Below are positions 10,935 through 19,506 of a DNA stretch of 64,000 nucleotides, one piece after another. The position numbers were made by a program, and so were the translations under genes. Origin of the DNA: an uncultured Enterobacteriaceae bacterium (GTDB lineage: Bacteria; Pseudomonadota; Gammaproteobacteria; Pseudomonadales; Pseudohongiellaceae). Location: assembly GCA_964629325.1 (NCBI GenBank), contig CAZVSC010000001.1, positions 74,083-138,082 on the forward strand, read 5' to 3'. Under the pieces are notes generated by a model, which did no database searches, was not told the DNA's origin, and saw only the letters and a program-made list of their open reading frames with translations. The number at the start of each line of letters is the position of its first letter. The first letter of the stretch is position 1.

Positions 10935-12314
10935 ATGATGACAAGACAGACATTCTTTGTATTCACGTCAGGCCTCCTGGCAGCGCTGACCCTGTTGCCC
11001 GGGCCCGTTGCGGGCCAATTTTCCAACAGCGACGAATACAGCATGATCGACTATGCATCGCCCGCCACGAAGAACCCCATAGCGAGGCTGCATGACGCTG
11101 TCGCATCAGGTGAAACAACGCTGGACTACAAGCCAGGGGAAAGAGGCTATCTCGATTCACTGCTGGCTGCCCTCGATATCGACACCACCTCGCAGATGAT
11201 GGTGTTTTCACCGACCAGCCTGCAGCACAAACTGATCTCGCCGGAACGACCGCGGGCAATATTTTTCAACGACACCACTTTCATCGGTTTCGTCCAGAAC
11301 AGTAGCATCGTCGAAGTTACCACCATAGACGATGACAAGGGGCTGGTGTTTTACACTTTCGACAACGTTCCGCAGGACACCAAATTGTTCGAACGGGCCG
11401 ACCAGACCTGCCTTGTATGCCATGACACCCAGGGCACAATGGGCGGCGGCGTCCCGATGCTCATGGCGCTGTCCTCCGTCTACAGCAGCCGCAATGTGCC
11501 TCTGAAGAATTATTCCGGCATCGGCAACGTCACCGACACGACCCCGCTGGTTGATCGGTGGGGCGGGTGGTATGTCACCGGGCGTCACGGGCTGCAGGCG
11601 CACCTGGGCAACATCCTGCTGGCCACTCCGGACGACCTGGACAACCTCGACGACTTCCGCATCTGGAATCTGGAAACCATGGCGGGCAGCAAATTCATGG
11701 ATCCTTCCCCGTACCCGGAAAACACCAGTGATATCGTCGCGCTGCTGGTGCTGGAGCACCAGGTGACCGTGCAAAACCAGATTACCTATATCAAGTTCAA
11801 GGCGCCCGCCGTACTCAAGCGTCGTGAAATGCTGCATGAACTGGAAGCGCAGTCCTGGGCGGAGTTGTCTGAACCGGCCCAGCGCGCACTGACTCGCATG
11901 CTCGACAGACTCGTCCAACAGCTGGTGTTCATCGATGCTGTTGATTACCAGTCATCGATTTCAGGGAATCCCGACTATGTCGAACAGTTCATGGCACGTG
12001 GACCGGTGGATGGAGAAGGGCGTTCGTTGCGGGAATTCGACCTGCGTAACCGCCTGATGCGCTATCCACTCAGCTACCTGGTTTACACGACCGATTTCAA
12101 CTCCTTGCCCGTTTACGTGATGGACTATGTCTACGATCAGATGGATGCCTACCTGTCGGGTCGCATCGATTTTGACGGTCGTTCGCAGTACACACTGGCA
12201 GAGCGCCAGGCGGCCCTGGAAATACTCACAGCTACCCATCCCGGGTTCAGGTCTTACCTGGCCGCACGCGGGCCTGCCGGCATGAATACTGCCCAGCTCG
12301 GCAGCTTGCGGTAA
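10935..12314 (+). CDS. Secreted protein of unknown family with a single CXXCH heme-attachment motif
   Basis: 459 aa. It has a signal-like N-terminus MMTRQTFFVFTSGLLAALTLLPGPVAGQ and a single CLVCHD motif. I do not recognise the family. Codon usage looks like its neighbours. Confidence 0.6.
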   Translation: MMTRQTFFVFTSGLLAALTLLPGPVAGQFSNSDEYSMIDYASPATKNPIARLHDAVASGETTLDYKPGERGYLDSLLAALDIDTTSQMMVFSPTSLQHKLISPERPRAIFFNDTTFIGFVQNSSIVEVTTIDDDKGLVFYTFDNVPQDTKLFERADQTCLVCHDTQGTMGGGVPMLMALSSVYSSRNVPLKNYSGIGNVTDTTPLVDRWGGWYVTGRHGLQAHLGNILLATPDDLDNLDDFRIWNLETMAGSKFMDPSPYPENTSDIVALLVLEHQVTVQNQITYIKFKAPAVLKRREMLHELEAQSWAELSEPAQRALTRMLDRLVQQLVFIDAVDYQSSISGNPDYVEQFMARGPVDGEGRSLREFDLRNRLMRYPLSYLVYTTDFNSLPVYVMDYVYDQMDAYLSGRIDFDGRSQYTLAERQAALEILTATHPGFRSYLAARGPAGMNTAQLGSLR

Positions 12315-12327
12315 TCCACTACGCCCC

Positions 12328-12888
12328 GTGTATACTGTGGCGAACACCAGTATCGCCACGGTAGCCAGCAGCGTGAAGATTCACGGTTCACTTGCCATCG
12401 GCAATAAACAATACAAGGCCGGGGATGAGATACCCTGGACCTACGTGTATCCCTTTTTCCTGTTTCACATGGGCATTTTCGGCGCTTCCGGGTTCCTGAT
12501 GGCCTATGCCGATGACCGCCCCGAAATCAGTTTTCTTTATGCCCATGGCGGCATCGCCATTCTCGTTTACACCATTTTTTACCTCGCCATGTTCGGTGTG
12601 GACGAGGTCAAATGGATGTTTCTCAACGCGCTGTTCGGTCTGCTTGGCCTCTATGCCCAGATCGGCTGGATACTGACCTGGTTCGGCCGTGATATCGGCG
12701 ATTATCCGCTGCCAGTGCACGTCACTCCGTTCCTGTACTTCACCCTGTACTCCTTCCTGGTGCGCCGGGCTGTACTGGACCTGACCAACAGTACGGAGGA
12801 CCATGCCCGGAAGCAAAAAGTGGAAACCGGGTACATCGTCGTGACACTGGCCGTCAACCTCGGCTGCTTCCTGCTGCAAATGCTCTGA
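12328..12888 (+). CDS. Integral membrane protein (about 5 TM helices), unknown function
   Basis: 186 aa with hydrophobic segments containing His (FLFHMGIFGASGFLMAY; LYAHGGIAILVY; LPVHVTPFLYF). It starts 13 nt after the previous stop. The start codon is uncertain (GTG in the track). Confidence 0.55.
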   Translation: MYTVANTSIATVASSVKIHGSLAIGNKQYKAGDEIPWTYVYPFFLFHMGIFGASGFLMAYADDRPEISFLYAHGGIAILVYTIFYLAMFGVDEVKWMFLNALFGLLGLYAQIGWILTWFGRDIGDYPLPVHVTPFLYFTLYSFLVRRAVLDLTNSTEDHARKQKVETGYIVVTLAVNLGCFLLQML

Positions 12889-12956
12889 TCGGGCTGGTGC
12901 GGAGGCCGAAGGCTCCTTATACTTTGTGCAATACAGAATACCGGGGAAATTCCTGC

Positions 12957-14825
12957 ATGCGCCATACCCACCTTCGTATCATCCTGATTCCGGCCCTTTG
13001 CCTGGCCGCTGACCTGGCATTTGCCCAGGACACCGTCATTCGTGCCGCGGCCAACGTCGATGGCGAGGCGCTCTACAATGAAACCTGTGCCGCCTGCCAC
13101 AACATGCCCGAAGCAACGCGTTCGCCACCCCTGGAGACACTCAAGCGCATGGGGGCAAGAGCCGTCAGGTATGCTCTTACGCATGGGAAAATGAAAGTGC
13201 AGGCCGAGCCTTTGGGTGAGGCGGGCATCGACAGCGTGGTTGCTTTCCTGTCGGCTGCCGCGGAGACAGACAACAGCTGGATCACCGGCATGCAATGCCC
13301 GGCCGATCGCATGGATTTGGATACCGGGGCCGCCACCATCTGGACCCAGGGCTTCGATCGCAGGAACCGGCGCCACCTGACTACTGAGCAGGTCGGATTG
13401 ACCACGCGTGACATGGGCAATCTGGAACTCGCCTGGTCGATGGCATTTCCGGGTACCGCCAATATGCGCTCGCAGCCCGCCGTCGTCGGCAACACCATGT
13501 ATTACCCCATTGTCGATTCCGGCCAGTTGTTTGCCCTGGACATCGGCGCTGAGGCGCCGTGCGTGAAATGGGTGTACCAGCATGACATTCCGCTGCGCAC
13601 CACGATCGGTTACCACACACTGGCCGACGGGCGGCCCGTACTGGTCTTTGCCGATGTCTCGGCCCACACCATCCTGATGGATGCCGTCACTACCGAGATT
13701 CTCTGGGACGCCAGCGTGCAGGCCACCAGTGTGTCCAATGTCACGGCCATGCCGGTGCTCTACGGTGACCGGGTATACGTACCCATCTCTTCGGGCGAGC
13801 TCCTGATGGGTGCAGCGCCGGATTACGAGTGCTGCACAAGCCATGGCGCCGTCGTGGCGCTCGACGTGGCTACCGGGGAGCGGGTGTGGGAATACCACAC
13901 GATGGAAGAGGCGCGACCGACCACGATCAGCAGTGTTGGCACCCAGCAATGGGGACCATCCGGGGCGCCCATCTGGACTGCTGCCGCCGTCGATGAGGCC
14001 CGCGGCCTGTTATACGTCGGCACCGGTGAAAATACTTCTGCACCGGCCACCGACACCAGCGATGCCATCCTGGCGATCAGGCTCGAAGACGGCTCCCTGG
14101 CCTGGAAGTTCCAGGCCACCGCCAATGACATTTTCCTGAGCGGGTGCACCCGTGAACCGGACGGCCCCAATTGTCCGCCGCCCGACAGCATCAACCGCGA
14201 TGTGGATTTCGGTGCAGCCGTCATGCTCGCTACCCGCAGTGACGGCTCCGATATCGTCCTGGCGGGCCAGAAGAGTGGTGACGTCTGGGCGCTAGACCCG
14301 GACACCGGCGACCTGTTGTGGAATACCAGGGTCGGACCCGGCGGCGCCTCCGGCGGCATTCACTGGGGCATGGCTTTCGACGGCAATACCGTATTTGCCG
14401 CCAACAACATGACTACCGATTCCACGGCAGACGGTGTCGACTCCGGCCTGTTCGCACTCGATGTCGATACCGGCAATATCACCTGGGAATACCATCACCA
14501 GCCGGACTGTTCCGGCAATCGCCGTGAAAACCTGCGCAGTTGCGACAGCAACTGGGGCATGTCGGCTGCCACTCTTCTCGTGGACAGCGCCGTGGTCCAG
14601 GGCAGCAATGACGGTTTCGTGAAAGTGTTCGACAGCGGTACGGGCGAACCTATCTTCACCTTTGATACCGCACGCCCCTTTGAGACCATGAACGGGGTGC
14701 CGGGCAAGGGCGGCGCCATCGACAACTTTTCCATCTGGGCCGCCAACGGGACGCTCTTTGTCCAGTCCGGGTACGGCCTGATGGGCGTGCCGGGAAATGT
14801 CCTGCTGGCATTCCGGCCGCGCTAG
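12957..14825 (+). CDS. Periplasmic quinohemoprotein-like dehydrogenase: N-terminal cytochrome c domain plus PQQ-type beta-propeller repeats (polyvinyl-alcohol-dehydrogenase-like architecture)
   Basis: ATG at 12957 gives the signal peptide MRHTHLRIILIPALCLAADLAFAQ. This is followed by CAACHN heme c and repeated propeller motifs: LFALDIG...W, VVALDVATGERVWEY, ILAIRLEDGSLAWKF, VWALDPDTGDLLWN, LFALDVDTGNITWEY and VKVFDSGTGEPIF. Confidence 0.75.
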   Translation: MRHTHLRIILIPALCLAADLAFAQDTVIRAAANVDGEALYNETCAACHNMPEATRSPPLETLKRMGARAVRYALTHGKMKVQAEPLGEAGIDSVVAFLSAAAETDNSWITGMQCPADRMDLDTGAATIWTQGFDRRNRRHLTTEQVGLTTRDMGNLELAWSMAFPGTANMRSQPAVVGNTMYYPIVDSGQLFALDIGAEAPCVKWVYQHDIPLRTTIGYHTLADGRPVLVFADVSAHTILMDAVTTEILWDASVQATSVSNVTAMPVLYGDRVYVPISSGELLMGAAPDYECCTSHGAVVALDVATGERVWEYHTMEEARPTTISSVGTQQWGPSGAPIWTAAAVDEARGLLYVGTGENTSAPATDTSDAILAIRLEDGSLAWKFQATANDIFLSGCTREPDGPNCPPPDSINRDVDFGAAVMLATRSDGSDIVLAGQKSGDVWALDPDTGDLLWNTRVGPGGASGGIHWGMAFDGNTVFAANNMTTDSTADGVDSGLFALDVDTGNITWEYHHQPDCSGNRRENLRSCDSNWGMSAATLLVDSAVVQGSNDGFVKVFDSGTGEPIFTFDTARPFETMNGVPGKGGAIDNFSIWAANGTLFVQSGYGLMGVPGNVLLAFRPR

Positions 14826-14841
14826 TCTCAATACCAGAAAC

Positions 14842-14871
14842 AAAAAACCGGGCAATGCCCGGTTTTTTTTT
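14842..14871. terminator. Bidirectional rho-independent terminator
   Basis: AAAAAACCGGGC-AAT-GCCCGGTTTTTTTTT, a GC stem flanked by an A-run and a T-run, lies between the convergent genes ending at 14825 and 14874. Confidence 0.75.
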
Positions 14872-14873
14872 GG

Positions 14874-15959
14874 CTAGGTACCCGGCTTCGCCATCCGGGC
14901 AGGCAGGATGTCTTTCAGCCTCTCCCTGGCCTGGCGAATGCAGTCCGCTGTGGTGTCCCAGTCGATGCAGGCATCAGTGACCGAAACCCCGTATTGCAGT
15001 TGTGAATGATCTGCAGGAATGTCCTGGCGGCCGGCGTTGATGTTGCTCTCGATCATCGCGCCGATAATCGACTTGTTGCCGGCTGTGATCTGATCGACGA
15101 CATTGTCCAGGACCAGGGGTTGGCGATTGTGGTCCTTGTTGGAGTTGGCATGGCTGCAGTCGATCATGATGTTGCTGGAGACGCCGGCTTTCACGCACAA
15201 GGCCTCGCAACGGGCGACGCTGTCCGCGTCGTAGTTCTGCATGCCATTGCCGCCACGGAGAACGACGTGGGCATAGGGGTTGCCCTTCGTATGCACGATG
15301 CTGACCTTGCCTTCAGGATCGATACCAAGGAACCGATGCGGGCTGCTCACTGCCTTCATTGCGTTGATGGCCACTTCCAGGCCACCGTCGGTACCGTTCT
15401 TGAACCCCACGGGAGATGACAGGCCGCTGGACATTTCGCGGTGTGTCTGCGACTCGGTGGTGCGGGCGCCGATCGCCGACCAGGTGATGATGTCGTGCAG
15501 GTATTGCGGAGAAATAGGGTCCAGCGCTTCCGTCGAAGTGGGCAGTCCCATGGCAGAGAGTTTCAGCAGGAGGCGACGTCCTGTATGCAGTCCTTCCTCG
15601 ATGCGAAAGCTGTCATTCATGTCGGGATCGTTGATCAGTCCCTTCCAGCCGGTCGATGTGCGCGGCTTCTCGAAATACACACGCATGACCAGGACGAGGG
15701 TATCCTGGACTTCCTCGGCAAGGGTCTTCAGTCGCTCAGCATAGTCAAGCGCGGCATCCACGTCGTGGATGGAGCAGGGGCCCACCACCATGAACAGGCG
15801 CGGATCCTTGTGATCGAGGATGTCACGAATCACCTGGCGATTCTGCGTGACGATATCCGCGGTATCGCCATGCAGCGGCAGGCGTTCTTTCAGTGCCATC
15901 GGGGTAATCAACGTCTGGTATTCGCTGATATTGACGTTTTCTGTGCTGGGGATAGCCAT
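14874..15959 (-). CDS. 3-deoxy-7-phosphoheptulonate (DAHP) synthase, class I
   Basis: ATG at 15959 gives MAIPSTENVNISEYQTLITPMALKE...RLFMVVGPCSIHD...KPRTS, a class I AroF/G/H signature. The track's 474-aa ORF is a 5' over-extension. I cannot assign the isozyme. Confidence 0.92.
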   Translation of the reverse strand: MAIPSTENVNISEYQTLITPMALKERLPLHGDTADIVTQNRQVIRDILDHKDPRLFMVVGPCSIHDVDAALDYAERLKTLAEEVQDTLVLVMRVYFEKPRTSTGWKGLINDPDMNDSFRIEEGLHTGRRLLLKLSAMGLPTSTEALDPISPQYLHDIITWSAIGARTTESQTHREMSSGLSSPVGFKNGTDGGLEVAINAMKAVSSPHRFLGIDPEGKVSIVHTKGNPYAHVVLRGGNGMQNYDADSVARCEALCVKAGVSSNIMIDCSHANSNKDHNRQPLVLDNVVDQITAGNKSIIGAMIESNINAGRQDIPADHSQLQYGVSVTDACIDWDTTADCIRQARERLKDILPARMAKPGT

Positions 15960-16062
15960 GTCGATTCCGGTTTGCTTGGCTGGGTAATGAAAATGGCGCG
16001 CATTATATCGGCTAAAAAGCGCGTGAAACACCGTTATCTGCGGCAAATTGCCAGCAATAGCC

Positions 16063-19000
16063 TCAGGCCTGCGGGTCAACTCCGTCAGCGGGCTGATCGA
16101 GAACGTGCAGTCGGGGCAGGGCCGTGAAGTATAGCGCGGTGCGAATTTCCCGGGATTCCATGGCGCGAAACAGGTCTGCATACCTGGCCAGTTGCGGCCG
16201 GTACTGGGCGGCCTGCCGGGCAAAAAAATCATTCTCATGTTCTGCGGATGCAGGAGAGGCGGTTTTGAAGTCGATGATCCAGCGGACATCATCCGCATCG
16301 ACGAAGGTGCGGTCGATCACGGCGATGCGTTGCCGTCCATGGCGGTAGTCACTGAGGCTGAGCTCATTCGCTGCTTCCCGGTGACCTGCCTGCAACAGCC
16401 AGCGGAACTGCTCATCGTCGTGACAACGCAGCAGCTGTGCCCTGATTTCTACAATTGCCTGTTCCGGCCGCGGCGACAAGGGAGCCAGGCGTTGCCGCCA
16501 GTCAACCTCACAGTCGGCCAGTGCCTTCTGATCCTGAATGTCGAGCCGGCCCTCCCCGATACGGCATAGGCATTCATGGATAATTTCGCCGAGGGTTCGT
16601 TCAACCAGATTGTCATGCACGGATGCTGGCAGGTCGACTACCGGGCGTTCGGCGTCTTCCAGTGGTCTGGCAATACGCAGCATGGCCGGTGGCTGCCATG
16701 CCGGCGGCAGTCGCTTGCTCACGAGATGGCGGCCTGCTGCGATCATGGATTCACCACCGTCGCTCTCAGCCGCTCTTTCCAGGCTTGCCAGTGTCGAAGG
16801 GTCTGCTGCCAGTTGCGGCCAGAGGGAAGCCAGCAGTGAACTGGCAGCAGGCGGCTGCCAGCTGCCGTCCTTTTCCGTGATGCTGCCAATGAGCAGCGCA
16901 CTCTTGATGGCCCGTGTAACGCCGATATAGAACAGGCGCGTCCCTTCGAGACGTTGCTGTATGCCTGCTTCATATTTGAGATGCTGGTAGGTGGCGTCAC
17001 GCTCCTGCCCACGCTGTGCGGGCATGCTCATGACCAGTTCCGGCTCCCCAGCGGCATTGATATGTTCCCGCCAGCGCAAAAGCGGGTTGTCATCGGCACG
17101 CGGCTGGCGTTCGAGTCCTGGCAGGATGACATGCTCAAACTCAAGTCCCTTGGCCTTGTGGATGGTCATGATGGTCAGGGCGGCCTGGGGATTCAGACCG
17201 TCCGCGTACTGCCCGGCAACCTTGCTTTCTAGGCGATGGATATCCGTAACATCGCCCTGGTCATCGAATTCCTCAACCAGGTCAAAGAAATGCCGAATGC
17301 TGGGCAGCATATGTGCGTCCGCCAACGCGACGGGGCCGCCGAGGGCCAGCCAGGTCTTTTCCAGCCATTCCCGCAGCGGCAGGCGCCGGCGCTGGGAACG
17401 GGCCTGTATCAGGACCGGCAATCCGCGCTGAAGAATGATACCGGCATCTGCTGACAATCCGGGAGCCGCTTCATGATCCTGCAGTGCCTGCCACGGCGAA
17501 ACGCCCTTGCTCGCGGCGTGCCGGGAAATACAGAGGAGGTCTGCCAAGGGCAGGCCCAGCCAGGGTGTTCTGAGGAGGGCGTACCATGCAGTGACATCTG
17601 CAGGGTTCAACAGGGCCCTTAACAGGGTCAAGAGATCCTGTATCACCGGGTAGGAATCGAGGGGGTCGATATCTGCGGCATTCCAGGCAATGCCGCGCCG
17701 GCGTAGTTCTGGAATGATGTCAGCCAGGTGGTTGCGCGTGCGCACCAACAGCGCGATACGGTCGCCAGGATATGCGGACTGCAGGGATTCAACCGCAGCT
17801 CCCACACGCTCTGCTTCACAGCGCCGCAGCAGGTAACGGGCATCATCCATGTCCTTTTCCGCGGTCAGCAGGTGCATGCTCACCCCAAGTCCGGAAAGTG
17901 CGTCGTTGATGCTTTCAGCCTGGCTGTAACTGACACCACCACGCCCGATGTCATCCTTGCGGGGGAATGCGGGAGCGAAGTGCCGGTTAACCCATTCGAC
18001 GATACTGGCCTGGGAGCGGAAATTTACGCGCAGCTTCAGGCTGTCGAGCTTGATTTGGCCTATACCGTTGTCGCGGGCGGCCAGGAACAGGCCAACGTTG
18101 GCATTACGGAAACCATAACAGCTCTGCATACCGTCGCCGACAATGAACAGGGTCCTGCCGTCTCCGGGCTGCCAGCCGAAGGTGAGTTTTTGCAACAGAC
18201 TCGTCTGCAGGCTCGAAGTATCCTGGAATTCATCCACCAGGATATGCCTGAGGCGGTAATCCAGGCGCAGGGCCAGGTCGGTGGGCGACTCGTCGGCACC
18301 CAGGGCGCTCAGCGCCGCAATACTGACCTGGGTGTGATCGGCCTGGCCGTACTCGCGAAAAGCCAGCGACAGGCGGGATACCAGGGCGGGGAGTAGAACG
18401 GTCAGGCTTTCGAGCACCTGCCACTGTGCATCTGGATAGCGTGCATCCGGCAGGAAGCGTGCTTCCTCGAAAGCAATCTGCAGCGCCTCATCAGACACCA
18501 TCCGATCCAGCAGGGACAACATTGCCGCCTTGTTTTCGGCAACGGGATTGCCGCTGCTTGTCTTTCCGGGTGCAGGGAATCCGTTGGTCTTGTTGACAGT
18601 CTTGCGCAGCGTGTTCTTGTCAGTGAACAGCAATTGCCGAATCGCCAGCCAGGCTGGCAGATCTTCGGGTACAGGGCGCGGCATGCCGCTGCTGAAATCA
18701 CAATCTCCCAGGGGGTGGTCGCTTTTGCGCAAATTATCCGACGCAAAAACCACCAGAGAATGCAGCGCTTGCGAATAAGGTGACATAGCACTGTCGAGGT
18801 CAGCGAGTTTTGTCCGGATGAGGTCCTGAAGGGTGTTTTCCAGAATGATCCGTGCATTCCCCGGATGGGCCTTGATGTCGAGAATATTGGCCAGCCACTG
18901 ATCGCGCTTTCCCAGCATGGCTGACAACAGCCCGGATAATGTGCGCCACTGGTTGTTGACATGGGCCAGCAGGACGGCAAGCGCATCCGCGAGGGGCGAG

Positions 19001-19506
19001 TCGTTCTCCGCTTCCGTAAACAAATCCAGGATAGCGGCCTCATACAGAACGGAGGCGTCATCCACGATTTCCGGCATAACACCCAGCTCTGAAACCACCG
19101 GCATCTGCCCGCACAGGAACGCGTTGAAACTGTCGATGGTGGATATACGCAGACGCGTCGAATTTTCCATGAGCTGCCACCGCAGTTGGCCATCACGTGC
19201 AAGCACGCGTTGTGCCAGCTCCAGGGTGAAGCGGCGGTGTTCCGGCAGGGCTGCCAGGTCGGAGGCAGACAGGGTGGCCGCCTGCGCCATGTTGTCCAGG
19301 ATGCGGTTGCGCATTTCGGCGGCCGCCTTGCGGGTAAAAGTGATCGCAAGAATTTCTTCCGGACGTTCGCAGGTAGCAAGCAGTGACAGGTAGCGCTGCG
19401 TCAGCAACTCGGTCTTGCCGGAGCCGGCTGGTGCCTGCACACAGAATGACCGCCCCAGGTCCAGTGCAAGGCGCCGCTCGTTGATATCAACAGGCACGTT
19501 GCTCAT
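16063..19506 (-). CDS. UvrD/Rep-type helicase fused to a C-terminal PD-(D/E)XK nuclease (AddA/RecB-like)
   Basis: 1147 aa. Walker A is VQAPAGSGKTELLTQR, followed by ITFTRKAAAEM and Walker B ILVDEFQDT. The C-terminal nuclease motif is RIAVIDRTFVDADDVRWIIDFKT. Confidence 0.88.
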   Translation of the reverse strand: MSNVPVDINERRLALDLGRSFCVQAPAGSGKTELLTQRYLSLLATCERPEEILAITFTRKAAAEMRNRILDNMAQAATLSASDLAALPEHRRFTLELAQRVLARDGQLRWQLMENSTRLRISTIDSFNAFLCGQMPVVSELGVMPEIVDDASVLYEAAILDLFTEAENDSPLADALAVLLAHVNNQWRTLSGLLSAMLGKRDQWLANILDIKAHPGNARIILENTLQDLIRTKLADLDSAMSPYSQALHSLVVFASDNLRKSDHPLGDCDFSSGMPRPVPEDLPAWLAIRQLLFTDKNTLRKTVNKTNGFPAPGKTSSGNPVAENKAAMLSLLDRMVSDEALQIAFEEARFLPDARYPDAQWQVLESLTVLLPALVSRLSLAFREYGQADHTQVSIAALSALGADESPTDLALRLDYRLRHILVDEFQDTSSLQTSLLQKLTFGWQPGDGRTLFIVGDGMQSCYGFRNANVGLFLAARDNGIGQIKLDSLKLRVNFRSQASIVEWVNRHFAPAFPRKDDIGRGGVSYSQAESINDALSGLGVSMHLLTAEKDMDDARYLLRRCEAERVGAAVESLQSAYPGDRIALLVRTRNHLADIIPELRRRGIAWNAADIDPLDSYPVIQDLLTLLRALLNPADVTAWYALLRTPWLGLPLADLLCISRHAASKGVSPWQALQDHEAAPGLSADAGIILQRGLPVLIQARSQRRRLPLREWLEKTWLALGGPVALADAHMLPSIRHFFDLVEEFDDQGDVTDIHRLESKVAGQYADGLNPQAALTIMTIHKAKGLEFEHVILPGLERQPRADDNPLLRWREHINAAGEPELVMSMPAQRGQERDATYQHLKYEAGIQQRLEGTRLFYIGVTRAIKSALLIGSITEKDGSWQPPAASSLLASLWPQLAADPSTLASLERAAESDGGESMIAAGRHLVSKRLPPAWQPPAMLRIARPLEDAERPVVDLPASVHDNLVERTLGEIIHECLCRIGEGRLDIQDQKALADCEVDWRQRLAPLSPRPEQAIVEIRAQLLRCHDDEQFRWLLQAGHREAANELSLSDYRHGRQRIAVIDRTFVDADDVRWIIDFKTASPASAEHENDFFARQAAQYRPQLARYADLFRAMESREIRTALYFTALPRLHVLDQPADGVDPQA

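Noticed and set aside
14874-16298. 5' over-extended track ORFs. These are 14874-16298 (DAHP synthase), 19503-22397 (AddB-like), 23557-24771 (etfB), 3510-4673 (M15), 44107-44586 (Arc-like), 54433-55128 (thrH), 51892-52437 (tusE), 47687-49933 (prc) and 12897-14825.
   Set aside because: The extensions overlap upstream genes or run through repeats and intergenic DNA. In each case an internal start restores the canonical N-terminus and family length.
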